From NCBI GenBank assembly GCA_001641225.1, contig LSMY01000002.1:3799-67798 (forward strand): 64,000 nucleotides of DNA. Reading direction: 5' to 3'. Positions 45,800 to 59,749 of the stretch are shown piece by piece. The stretch's first letter is position 1. Each line of letters starts with the position of its first letter. The notes beneath the pieces were generated by a model. It was not told the origin of the DNA, did no database searches, and saw nothing but the letters and a program-made list of their open reading frames with translations. The stretch comes from Mycoplasma sp. Bg2. Its GTDB lineage: Bacteria; Bacillota_I; Bacilli_A; Mycoplasmatales; Hepatoplasmataceae. Both the position numbers and the translations under genes were made by a program.

Positions 45800-47161
45800 A
45801 TGAAAAAGAATTTAATTCTAAATATTTTTATTCTTTCATTAATTACCATTCTTTTATTATTTTATACTCTCTACTGATTATTAATTATTCCCTTTATTTA
45901 TTTTGGAATAATCTTATGAAAATATAAAAATAAATATTTAATATTTTTTGTAATTCTTTTTCTTGCAATTTCTGCAGAAACTTTTTTTACTGCTACCTTA
46001 GAAAATGAAGAATATTATCATCAAGCAAAAGTTGCAAAAGTTTATACAAATTCAGTTGTTGTAAAAGAAGACAAAGAAAAATATTTTATTACCATCGAAA
46101 ATAGTTACGAGTTAAATAAAGGGGACACCATTTACTATGAAGGGAGTTATGATGAACTAGAAAAAAATTCTTCATTTGATCGTTTTGTTTATTCAACTGG
46201 TGCAACTGGTTATCTTAATTCAGAACAAACAACAATTATTAAAAAAACAACAAGATGGAGGGATCAAGTTTATAGTAATTTAAAAGCAAAGGAAACACCA
46301 TTTACTAATTATGCTTTAGTGCTTTTTTATAAAACTACAAATCAAAATAATAAATTTTTACTTGACGGTTCGGTTATGCTGGGAATTTCATTTCTAATTA
46401 TTATTTCTGGATTTCATATTTCATTAATTATGAATTCATTAGATCATTTTTCAACAAAAGTCTTAAGAACTAAAAAATTCAGTTTTATAATTGCTTCATT
46501 TGTAACCTTATATTTTCTTTATTTTATTTATTGACCACCAACAGGACTTCGAGCTTGGATAAATAAAAATTTCAATCATTATTTAATCCTTTCAAGAAAT
46601 GATACTGTTGCCTTTACTGGATTATTTTTTCTCCTTTTTAATCCCTTCAATATTTTTAGTAATGGACTTATTTTATCTTTTCTAATTACTTTTTTAATTG
46701 TAAATTTAAAATTTAAAAAAAGTTGATCTTGAATTCAAAAAGAAATCACAATTGCTGTATTAGCATTTTGTGTTTCTTTTCCTGTTATATCAACTTGAGA
46801 AACTAGCATTAATTTAACTGCACCATTAATAACAATTGTTACAATGCCATTAGTAAGTTTTTTATATACAATTATGATTCCACTACTTTTTGTCAAATGA
46901 TTGCAACCCTTAGCATTTCCAATTTTAGCTCTTAGTTCATTATTTTTCAAAATTCTTGCTTTAACTTACATTCCTTTAAATATTAATTTATTAAGTTGAA
47001 GAGTAGTAATTGAAGTTGAAATTCTCTTTTTTCTTGAATTACATTTACTAAGAAATAATTTAGTTTTTTTATTTTTAATAATTCCACTTGAAACATTATT
47101 ATTATTTTATAATTTAAATAATGAAATATATAGTTGAAACTGGCTCAATGACAATGCTTAA
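45800..47161 (+). CDS. comEC: ComEC/Rec2-like membrane channel protein (competence domain only)
   Basis: 453-aa frame-2 ORF joined by TGA. Polytopic. GISFLIIISGFHISLIM resembles the ComEC G..HL.A.SG.H motif. Followed by holA as in Bacillus. No metallo-beta-lactamase domain. Confidence 0.6.
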
Positions 47162-48086
47162 AAATAAAATTGATGAACTCAAAAAACAAAATGAGATTTC
47201 ATCAATTAATTCATCTTTTTTAGATTATGAACGAGAAAATAATTTTAATGAAGCCCTCGGAAATTATTTATCTGATAATTTATCTGGTGAAAAAAAACTT
47301 ATTCTTTTAAAAAATAGTTCTTTTTTAAATGAAAAAAAACTTAATAATCATTTTTTAGAAGCTTTGCAAACAACAATTAATTCTGATACAAATAATATAA
47401 TAATTTTTCAAATTTCTAAACTTAAAATTACTAATACATATTATGGAAAACATAAAGATAATTTTAAATTAATTAAATTAAATACTCCCAAAGGAAAAGA
47501 AACAATATCTTTTATTAGTAATTATTTTACAAATAATAATATCGGTTATTCTCCAGAAATAGTAAAGCAAATTAATTATCGTGTTGGAGATAATTTTGAT
47601 CTCTTGGTGAATGAACTTAAAAAATTAAATTTAATTAATGAAACTTTAAATTATGATTTCATTGAGCAAAATGTTTTTGATATTAAGGGCGAATCCATTT
47701 TTTCTTTAATTGAAGCTATTTTTAAAAAGGATTTTTTCAAGTTAGATAATTCAATTGAAAAATTAAGAATCCAAGGTTATAGTGCGATTCAAATTTTAGA
47801 ATATTTAATTAATGATCTAATAATTTTATTGCAAATTAAAATTCATTATCAAATTCCAAATGCAAAATATTCTCGAAGAAGAGATATCTTAGCAAGACAA
47901 ACAGGAATTAATTCATTTCGAATTTTGAAATCTCAAGAAAATGCAAAATTGTGGACTGATGAAAAGTTATTAGATTTTTTAGAAAAAATGATTAATCTAG
48001 AAATTCAACTAATGATTAATAATTCAGAAAATCAACTTTTTATCTTAAAAACTAGCTTAGAATTATTTTTAAGTAATCTAGAATAA
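47121..48086 (+). CDS. holA: DNA polymerase III delta subunit-like
   Basis: 321-aa ORF placed after comEC. Weak sequence signal, so the assignment is mainly by synteny and size. The start may be a downstream ATG (47148/47154), because it overlaps the comEC end. Confidence 0.5.
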   Translation: MKYIVETGSMTMLKNKIDELKKQNEISSINSSFLDYERENNFNEALGNYLSDNLSGEKKLILLKNSSFLNEKKLNNHFLEALQTTINSDTNNIIIFQISKLKITNTYYGKHKDNFKLIKLNTPKGKETISFISNYFTNNNIGYSPEIVKQINYRVGDNFDLLVNELKKLNLINETLNYDFIEQNVFDIKGESIFSLIEAIFKKDFFKLDNSIEKLRIQGYSAIQILEYLINDLIILLQIKIHYQIPNAKYSRRRDILARQTGINSFRILKSQENAKLWTDEKLLDFLEKMINLEIQLMINNSENQLFILKTSLELFLSNLE

Positions 48087-48183
48087 TTACTATTTTATTA
48101 CTAAAATTATGCTATAAATTCCTTTGAAATATTTATTTTCTTATTCAACTTTATAAAAAAATAAAGTATAGTAAAATTAGAAT

Positions 48184-48762
48184 ATGGAAAATAGAAACTT
48201 ATATACATACTTTGGCCCTATGTTTTCTGGTAAATCGAAAAAATTAGTAATAGTTTATCATTCACTATCAGATACAAAGGCAATCTTTAAACCCCTAATA
48301 GATACTCGAGATGAAGTTCTAATTCAATCAAGACATGGAGAACATGCAATTGCTATTCCCCTAAAAAATATTGAAGATATTTTTGATCATGTTGAAAGCC
48401 CAATAAAACAAAAACATTTATTTTTTGATGAAGCTTTTATGTTTGATGGAGATTTTGTTAAAATTGTAAAACAATTATTAGCACAAGATTATTATGTTCA
48501 TGTTGCAGGATTAGATACTAATTATTTAGGAAAACCCTTTGTTGCTATGCAAACACTAATTAAAATGACCCCAGAATGTAATAAACATAAATTACATGGT
48601 TGATGTCATATTTGTAATAAACCATCTAATTGAACAGTAAGACTAACAAACGGAGTTTTAGACGGACCTGATACACCACTAATTGTGGTTGATGATGGGA
48701 GAACTAATACAGTTTATCAAACAAGGTGTGATAAACATAAAGACTATAATAGTCTTAAATAG
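48184..48762 (+). CDS. tdk: Thymidine kinase
   Basis: P-loop GPMFSGKSKKL, FFDEAFMF, C-terminal zinc-ribbon cysteines (C..C....C). Joined through TGA. Confidence 0.85.
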
Positions 48763-48771
48763 GAAGGAATA

Positions 48772-49638
48772 ATGGAACAATATTTAAAATTAGCTAAAAA
48801 AGTTCTTGATGAAGGAACTAAAAAAGATGACCGCACTGGGACAGGAACAATATCTTATTTTGGAACACAAACAAGATATCCATTAGATAATGGTCTTCCA
48901 ATTATTACAACTAAAAGAGTTAATTTCAATGCTATCTTGCATGAATTACTTTGGTTTATTAAAGGTGATACTAATATTCATTATCTAGTTACTAATGGGG
49001 TAAACATTTGAAATGAATGACCTTATGAAGTCTTTAAAAAAGACGTTTCTTATCAAGGTGAAACCTTATTAGAATTTATTGAAAAAATAAAAGATTCAGA
49101 AAGCTTTGCAAATAAATTTGGTAATCTTGGTCCTGTTTATGGAAAACAATGAAGAGATTTTGGCGGAGTTGATCAATTGCAAAATGTAATAAAAATGATC
49201 AAGGAAAATCCTAATTCAAGAAGAATGATTGTTAGTGCTTGAAACCCGGTTGAAGTTGAAAAAATGTTGCTTCCTCCATGTCATTCTTTATTTCAATTTT
49301 ATGTTGTAAATAATAAATTAAGTTGTCAGTTATACCAAAGATCAGCTGATGTCTTTTTGGGAGTTCCTTTTAACATTACTTCTTATGCTTTACTTACAAC
49401 AATCATTGCACACCATTTAGGATTAGAGCTTGGAGAATTTGTCCACACCACTGGAGATACCCATCTTTATTTAAATCATTTAGATCAAATTAAACTTCAA
49501 CTAACAAGAACTCCACGCCCTCTTCCAACTTTAGTAATTAAAGTAAAAAGAGCAAACATAGAAGATTATGTTTTTTCTGATTTTGAATTAAAAGATTATG
49601 TTCATGATGAACCAATTAGGGGAAAGGTAGCCGTCTAA
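48772..49638 (+). CDS. thyA: Thymidylate synthase (ThyA)
   Basis: DRTGTGT, VNI-W-NE-W (both Trp are TGA), [26 protein letters not shown]. Confidence 0.95.
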
Positions 49639-50105
49639 TGTTAAAACTAATTACTGCTTATGATAAAAACTTTTTAATTGGAAAGGGCAATTATTTACCT
49701 TGAAATATTCCAGAAGATTTTGAGCATTTTAAAAAAATTACCAAAGGTAAAACAATGGTGATGGGAGATGTTACCTTTAAGGGAATTGGAAAACCACTTC
49801 CTGGAAGAAAAACAATTATCTTAACTCTAGATAAAGATTTTAGTTTTTCTCATCCTGATGTAATAGTAATGCATTCAATTGAAGAAGTTTTAGATTATGC
49901 AAAAGATAACGAAACAATCATTTGTGGTGGAGCAACTATTTATAAACTCTTTTTACCTTACGTTGATGAAATGATTATTACTCAGATTAATAATGAATAT
50001 GAAGGGAATGTTTATTTTCCCATTTGAGACGAAGATCTTTTTAAAGTTTCTAAGATAGAAGAGTTGTCGCCACTCGCAACAGTTAAATATTATTTAAGAA
50101 AATAA
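49638..50105 (+). CDS. folA: Dihydrofolate reductase
   Basis: The ATG overlaps the thyA stop (TAATG). LPWNIPEDFEHFKKIT, GRKTIILT, ICGGATIY. Confidence 0.85.
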
Positions 50106-50130
50106 AAAAAATCCCTTAAGGGATTTTTTT
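50106..50130. terminator. Bidirectional terminator between folA and rpsT
   Basis: aaaaatccctt/aagggattttt palindrome flanked by A- and T-runs. Confidence 0.75.
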
Positions 50131-50158
50131 AATGTAAAAAATAATTAACTTTTAGAAA

Positions 50159-50569
50159 TTATTTTGTTTCTTTTTTAGCAGGAGCTTTTTTAGCTGGTGT
50201 TTTTTTAGTAGTTGATTTTTTAGCAGGAGCTTTTTTTGCTGGTGCTTTTTTAGCAGGAGAATCTTTTTTTGGTTCAACAACAACTACAGTTTCTTTTTCA
50301 ACAACATTTTCATTTTCATCTTTAACAACAATATCAATAATTTGAATTGATTGTATTTTTGAAACTAATCTTGATCCTTTATTTTCATGAAATACATTTT
50401 TTGAAACTGCAGAATTAATTAATTTTACTGCTTCATTAATGCTTTCTTTTGTTTTATCTTCTTTAGCTTTTTTTACTGCTGATTTAATTTGACTTTTCAA
50501 TGATTTATTTTGAAAATTTCTTTTATCGTCTTGTTTTCTTGATTTTTCATTTGACTTAATATTTGCCAT
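50159..50569 (-). CDS. rpsT: 30S ribosomal protein S20 with ~50-aa Lys/Ala/Pro-rich C-terminal extension
   Basis: MANIKSNEKSRKQDDKRNFQNKSLKSQIKSAVKKA.. is a typical S20 core (~86 aa), followed by ..PAKKAPAKKAPAKKSTTKKTPAKKAPAKK. Confidence 0.85.
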   Translation of the reverse strand: MANIKSNEKSRKQDDKRNFQNKSLKSQIKSAVKKAKEDKTKESINEAVKLINSAVSKNVFHENKGSRLVSKIQSIQIIDIVVKDENENVVEKETVVVVEPKKDSPAKKAPAKKAPAKKSTTKKTPAKKAPAKKETK

Positions 50570-50672
50570 TTTCTATTATTTCCTTTATTTTTATGTAATT
50601 AGTATTATAGCAAATTACAAGTATAATTATTTTGTTGATAAATTATTTTAAGGAGTAATCTATTATTATAAA

Positions 50673-52541
50673 ATGGGAAAAAGACTAAAAAGATCTAAAT
50701 ATGTATTTCTTGATTATTTAAAAGGTGATATTTTTGCTTGGCTTACAAACAACACTAATTATGTTGAAGTTGCAAAAGATAGCACCTTACTTCAGGAAGC
50801 AAGTCCTTGAAGATGAAATCAGTATGGCCTAAAACTCGGAAGAAGTAAATTAGCAGATCTTCCTACTCAAATGGTGGATGGACTTGATGCTGGAAAACAT
50901 GTTCGTGAGTTTTATCACGTTCATTATCCTAATTTAAAAATGATTGACTATGAAGGAGTTTTTGATTATTTTAAATGTTTTGGTAAATGTGATGATGTAA
51001 TTTCAAGAACAAGAAATTTAATTATCAATGAAGACAACTTCATTTTATTTGAAGGAGCAATTGAATATAAAAAATGAGTAATTAGACCTGATGTAATTAT
51101 TAAACAAGATGGAAAAGTCCAATACATCGAAGTAAAAGCAATTACTTGTCCCATTGTTTATCATGCTCTTGATGTTATGTTCCAAAGAGAAATGGCCATA
51201 AGAGGTGGATTTGATGTTAGCAATTGAGCCTTCAAGTTAACTACTATGGAAAGAAATTGATATGTAGAAGGAAAGTGAGAAGATAACCTTCAATATTTAT
51301 TTAGAGAATGAACTTACTTTTTTAAATCAAAACCTTCAAACATTGATGATGCCCTTGCTCATAATAAAGAAATTAGCTTAAAGAGTTTTTTTGTTGATAA
51401 TGACTATAAACATTACTTTAGTGCTTTTGATGATACCTTGAGATCACTTGAAGATGTGCAATTACTGGACCATATTCCTCTTGATCAAGAAATTCTTCCT
51501 TCATATAATAAATATATGAAAAGTGATTATTTACCTTGGGTACTTACAAAAATGGGCCTAAAAGGTGGATCCATTTTTGAATTTGCAGGTGATATAAGTT
51601 TTAGCTTTAATAAAAAAGCAGAACTTTATAACCATGGAATTAGATCAATTGCTAAAAAGGAATATAGTCTGCAAGACATTGCCCCTAAAAAATTTGCAAA
51701 TCAACTTGTAGAATTTAATACCAGTTCAACAATGGAAGATAAAAACTTTGCAGATTTTGTAAACATTAATCATCGTGCCCTTAAAAGAGTAATTCAAATG
51801 CTTTATATAAATAAAGATGAAAATGATGTTTATATGGATAAGGATGCGCTAAATATGCATTTAGAGGCTTATAAACAGGGACCAGTCTATATGTATGATT
51901 TTGAGACTGTTTCCCAAGCAATTCCCCGTATTAGTGGAATTAGACCATATCAACAAGCTCCTTATCAGTACTCTATTCATGTAATTTTAGATCCTAACGA
52001 CTTTGATTTTAAAACTGGACGTAATATTGTTCATTACCAATGATTAGCTAGTAATCCAAAAACTTATTATGAAGATTTTTGGACTAACTTTGGTAGAGAT
52101 ATTTTCTCTCATGGACCTGGAGTTTGAGTTTCATATAATAAGGCTTTTGAAAGAATGGTCATGAGAGATTTTGATAATTATCTGCTTAGATCAGAAAAAA
52201 GAAATCCATTAGAAATTCACCAAGCTAATATTAAACAAGTCTATGATGAAACAGTTGATTTAATGGAACCCTTTAAAAATAGAGATTATTATTCTAGTGC
52301 TTTTAAAGGTTCTTATTCAATTAAAAAAGTTGGACCACATTTTGCACCTGAAATTAACTATAAAGAACTTGATGAAAGAATTCAAAAAGGTGATCAATCT
52401 GCCTTTCAAGCAAAAATTTGGTTAATTGAAGATGCCCAGGAAGAGTGGGATAGTGTTAAAGAGCCAATGCTTGAATATTGTAAATATGATACCTTATCAA
52501 TGGTAGCTATTTTACAAAAATTAAAAGAAAGGGTAAAATAA
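50673..52541 (+). CDS. DUF2779-like protein (PD-(D/E)xK nuclease-like N-part plus exonuclease-like C-part)
   Basis: 622-aa frame-3 ORF joined by many TGA codons. RPDVIIKQDGKVQYIEVKA (D..E.K), YMYDFETVSQAIPRISGIRPYQQAPYQYSIH, and C-terminal YCKYDTLSMVAI match my recollection of the DUF2779 signature. Confidence 0.6.
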
Positions 52542-52577
52542 AAGTTCTTAATAGATTTTTTATTAGATAATTTAACT

Positions 52578-53526
52578 ATGGAAAAAATAAAAGTAGTTTT
52601 TTTAGGAACACCTGAAATTGCCGTTGCTGCTTTAAGTTCTTTACTTGCAAGTAAAGAGATTGAAGTTGTTGGTGTTGTTACAGGAATTGATAAAGTTATC
52701 GGAAGAAAACAATCTATTCTTGCTGAAACACCAGTTGCAACAAAAGCAAAGGAAAATAATTTAAATTTAATCAAAACTTCTTCAATTAATAAAGATATTT
52801 CTTTACTTGAAAAGTTAGATTTTGATTATTTACTTACCTGTGCTTTTGGGCAATTCCTTTCTTCTGCAATATTAGCATTACCTACAAAAAAAGCATTAAA
52901 TATTCATGGCTCACTCCTTCCTGATGGAAGGGGCGGAGCACCAATTCATTGAGCAATTATAAATGGGAAAGAAACTACTGGAATTTCTTTTATGGAAATG
53001 GTTGATGAAATGGATGCAGGAGATTACTATTTGCAAGTTTCAATTAAAATTACTCCTGATGAAACTTATGATTCTTTATATTTAAAAATGAGCAATGTTA
53101 TTGAAAAAGGTGCTGCTAAATGATTAAAAGCAGTTGATGAAGGTAAAAAAGCTGAAAAGCAAGATTCATCAAAAGTAACAAAATGATTAAATATTAAAAA
53201 AGCAGATGCCAAAATTGATTTTAGCAAATCAAGAGAAGAAGTTTATAACCAAATTAGAGGACTTGATTCTAAACCTGGTGGATGAGCTAAGGTTGGAGAT
53301 TCTGTAATTAAAATTAACAAGGCAAAACTTTTTCCTCCTACTCAAGCTGTTCCGTTAATTTACGCAAATCCAGGAACAGTACTTGAAGTAAGTAAAAGAG
53401 GGCTATTAGTTGCAACAGGAACTATGCCTCTTTTAATTGAAGAGATTACAATTCCAGGTAAAAAAAGAAATCATATTAATAATCTTATCCAAGGAAACTT
53501 TATAATTGAAAAAGGAACTAAATTTA

Positions 53527-53534
<8 letters not shown>
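52578..53534 (+). CDS. fmt: Methionyl-tRNA formyltransferase
   Basis: [29 protein letters not shown]. Joined through TGA. Overlaps the lepA start by 8 nt. Confidence 0.9.
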
Positions 53535-56657
<3,123 letters not shown>

Positions 56658-56660
56658 TTA

Positions 56661-57506
56661 ATGCTTAATAAAATCATTAGCTCATTTGACAAAAAAATAT
56701 ATAAAGAAATAACTTTGATTGAAGTTGTTCTTTTATTTGTTGGATTTTTAGGTTCAACTTTAGTCCTTATCCTTTATTTTTCTTTAGTTCCAGATCTTAA
56801 AAGTGAAGATAATTTTTGAATTATTTTAATTTGATTTGATGTTACTTTTGGAATTATTGCTGCTGTTTTACTTGCTAAAAAATGAAAGTATGCTTGAATT
56901 TTATTAATTTTTGATGCAATATTATATGGAGCAGGATTTTATCATTCTGGGTTATATGCACTTGCTTTTGTAAATGTAATTTTAATTCCCTTATTGCTTT
57001 TAATTTCAGGTTATACTTGAAATTATAAAAAGAAATATAACACCGAAAATAATGCTTATATAGAAATTAGAACAATGGGGAAAAAAGAGTGATTTATTGC
57101 AAGTATATGTTCAATTGTCTTTATTATTCTTGCTTCTTTTTTCATTTTTTATTTTTCAAATTTTAATGGAGATAACTTTCAAAAATGATGAATTGTTTAT
57201 ACAGTTATAGGGGCAATAATTGCTTCGATAGTAATGTGTGCAATGCTACTAAGTTTGCTTCGTTATAAAGGTACTTTTATCTTATTTTTAATTTGTAATT
57301 TAATTAAAGTACCATTTTTTATTTTGGTAACTATCTTTTTTGGACTTCATAATGATTTAGTAATGATGACTCTATTTTTAATGTATTCATTGTTGGCAAT
57401 TATTTTTCTTGTTAATTCTTTTTATGGATTATACAATTGATCAAAAAAAGACCTTGCTGGTTTAATAACTAGTGAGTTTAATTCAAAATTAGAAGTAAAA
57501 AAATAA
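56661..57506 (+). CDS. PnuC-like membrane protein, second copy
   Basis: 281-aa frame-3 ORF joined by TGA. About 7 TM. Architecture resembles 12810..13622. Confidence 0.45.
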
Positions 57507-57516
57507 AATATAAAAT

Positions 57517-57541
57517 AAAAACAGAACTAAGTTCTGTTTTT
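57517..57541. terminator. Bidirectional terminator (hairpin acagaac-taa-gttctgt)
   Basis: A-run, hairpin, T-run between convergent genes. The same 24-nt string recurs at 60967..60990. Confidence 0.7.
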
Positions 57542-57612
57542 ATTTTATATTGATAATTAATAAGATTCTTTAACTTTATTTCTTTTGTTGTATTATTTTT
57601 ATAATTTTGTAT

Positions 57613-59619
57613 TTATTCTGCTGTAAATACCATTATTTCTTCATATTCTTCTTTATCTTTTTTTCTAAAAAGGAATAGTAATAGTAATAAAAGTAATAGA
57701 AGTAGAAGTAGAACTGCGAGCACTATTAAAAGAATAGCTCATCAAGCAAGTCCATCTTTTAAGGTTGTGAATTGTCCAATAATAGCTGTTTCTGCTTCAC
57801 GAGAATGATTATCATTTTCAGAATGAGTAAATGTTGCTTCCATTGTTCATCCATCATAAGTTGTATCTGCATCAAGACCTTCAATAGTCATTGTTCCATT
57901 TAAATCCAATTTATCATCTATAATTGCATCTTCAGCACCGATACTACCCACTAATTCTCCTTCATTATCAAACATTTGAACTTCTGCTAAATAGTAAGCA
58001 ATACCTTCAGAATCTTCTCCACCATTTGATCCATAATTAAATGTAGCACTATCTATTGTAGTTTCAGCAACACTTGCTGCAATTGTTGGAGTTATTTTAT
58101 CATAAGCATCTGTAGTAAATTCAACAGGAGAAGTTACATCACTTTTTTCATTATTTCCATCTGAATCAGTATAGGTTACAATAATTTCAGTATTATAAGT
58201 TGTAACTGGTTTTAATCCTTCTACAGTAAATTCTCCATTAGTTTTACCATCTTTATTTGGTTTTGGTGAAACAAAACCATCATCATCAGAAAAGAATAAA
58301 TTATCTTCTGGTTCATCATCAGTTATTTCTACTCAGTTAACACTCTTAATTAAAAAAGGTTTAGCATGTTCGTCTGTTCCAGGATCAATTTCATAACTAA
58401 CTTGTGCTTTTTCTTGAGTTACAGTTTCTAGTGATGTGGTTATTGTTGGGATTACTAGTTCAGCTTCAGCTGTTGTAAATGTAACATCACTAGTTATTTT
58501 ATTAGTTCATTCAGGCTGGCTTGTATCATCAGTAGTATCATGCCCTAACGAATTAGTAAGGGTTACCTCAATTGATGCTTTATATGTTTCACCAGGTTCT
58601 AGTCCTGTTGCAGTAAATTCTCCTTCAGTTTCACCATCTATATTTGCAGCTGGCACATTAATTGGAAGGTCCTTGTCGCTTTCATTTATTCATTCAACTT
58701 TTTGAATTATAAAGGGTTTGTCATGACTATCTACTCCAGGGTTAATTTCATAACTAACTGTTGCAGTAGTTTCATCTACAGTTCCAACAGTTGTAGTTAC
58801 GGTTGGTTGTGTTACTTCATTAGGAAGTGTAGTAAAATCAACATCATTACCTTGACCTTCTCCAACTATATTTTCATCAGGATCAGAAAAGGTTACATCA
58901 ATTCTTGCATGATATTTTGTATTTGGTGTTAGATTATGTGGATGAAAAGCTCCCGAATGTGTACCATTTTTAAGATGTGTTGTTGATGTGTCACCAAAAT
59001 TTTCATCTGTTTTAGGATCTATTAATGCAGCTGTTATTGGTTTTGATTGACCTGTAACTACAAATTCAACCCTTGCTGCTGTTTCTTCTATGCACCCATT
59101 TTTACAGTCATCGCCCTCATTTTGACCTGGTATTGTTACCGTCATTTCTGCTTGTTCTGCTGTTGGAACAAAAGGAGTTATAATTTCTTCTATTTCTTTA
59201 TCTTTACCAGCTTTGACATCTTGATAATCTAAAACAAGAATTGTATTATAAGTTTCTTCTTTTATTAGTTCATCAGTTACTAAAGTACCTACTACTGATT
59301 CTTGTTTATTAACATCATTTATATTAGTATAATCTTTACTAGCAAGTTCATTTTCTCTACTATCATCTTCATATCAGGTAATAGTATTAATTTCATCATA
59401 AGTGTTATGTGTTCCACTCATTAAATATGGTTCAATATCATAATCAATACTTGCAGACGTTTCCGTAATATCATATGGTTGTTGCGTTACGGTCATATCT
59501 GTTTTTTGAGTATTATTAGTTTGTAATTCTTGATTATTAGTTGAACTTAATAAACTATTTCCTAGTGGAATAGATACTGCAACTAAGCCCAATAAACCAA
59601 TTAAATATTGTTTTTTCAT
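57613..59619 (-). CDS. Surface-anchored repeat protein A (668 aa): signal peptide, FN3-like modules, C-terminal poly-Leu TM anchor
   Basis: I translated by hand from ATG 59617-59619 to TAA 57613-57615 and found only TGA interruptions. N-terminus MKKQYLIGLLGLVAVSIPLGNSLL. Modules carry ..GEFTATGLEPGETYKASIEVT.. and ..GEFTVEGLKPVTTYNTEIIVT... C-terminus is ..WWAILLIVLAV(L)12FLFRKKDKEE... Confidence 0.8.
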
Positions 59620-59693
59620 ATTTACAAATTTACCTTCCTTTTTTAAAACCCTTTTAAGCCTTATAATAATATTTTTAACATTAATTACATATA

Positions 59694-59720
59694 AAAAAGT
59701 AGAACGGGAGTTCTGCTTTT
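59694..59720 (-). terminator. Terminator of surface gene B
   Basis: Minus-strand agcagaac-tccc-gttctact hairpin (one G-U pair) followed by a T-run. A sequence variant of the 57517/60963 hairpin. Confidence 0.6.
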
Positions 59721-59749
59721 AATTTATATTATGTTAAGGATTAAGATTA

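Noticed and set aside
58436-59232. Plus-strand ORFs 58436..58705, 58702..58932 and 59047..59232. Similar cases are 60171..60377, 63096..63335 and minus-strand 60346..60558.
   Set aside because: They are antisense or out of frame relative to surface genes A, B and C. I verified those frames codon by codon, and the alternative ORFs have implausible Cys/Phe/Ser- or Leu/Met-rich compositions.
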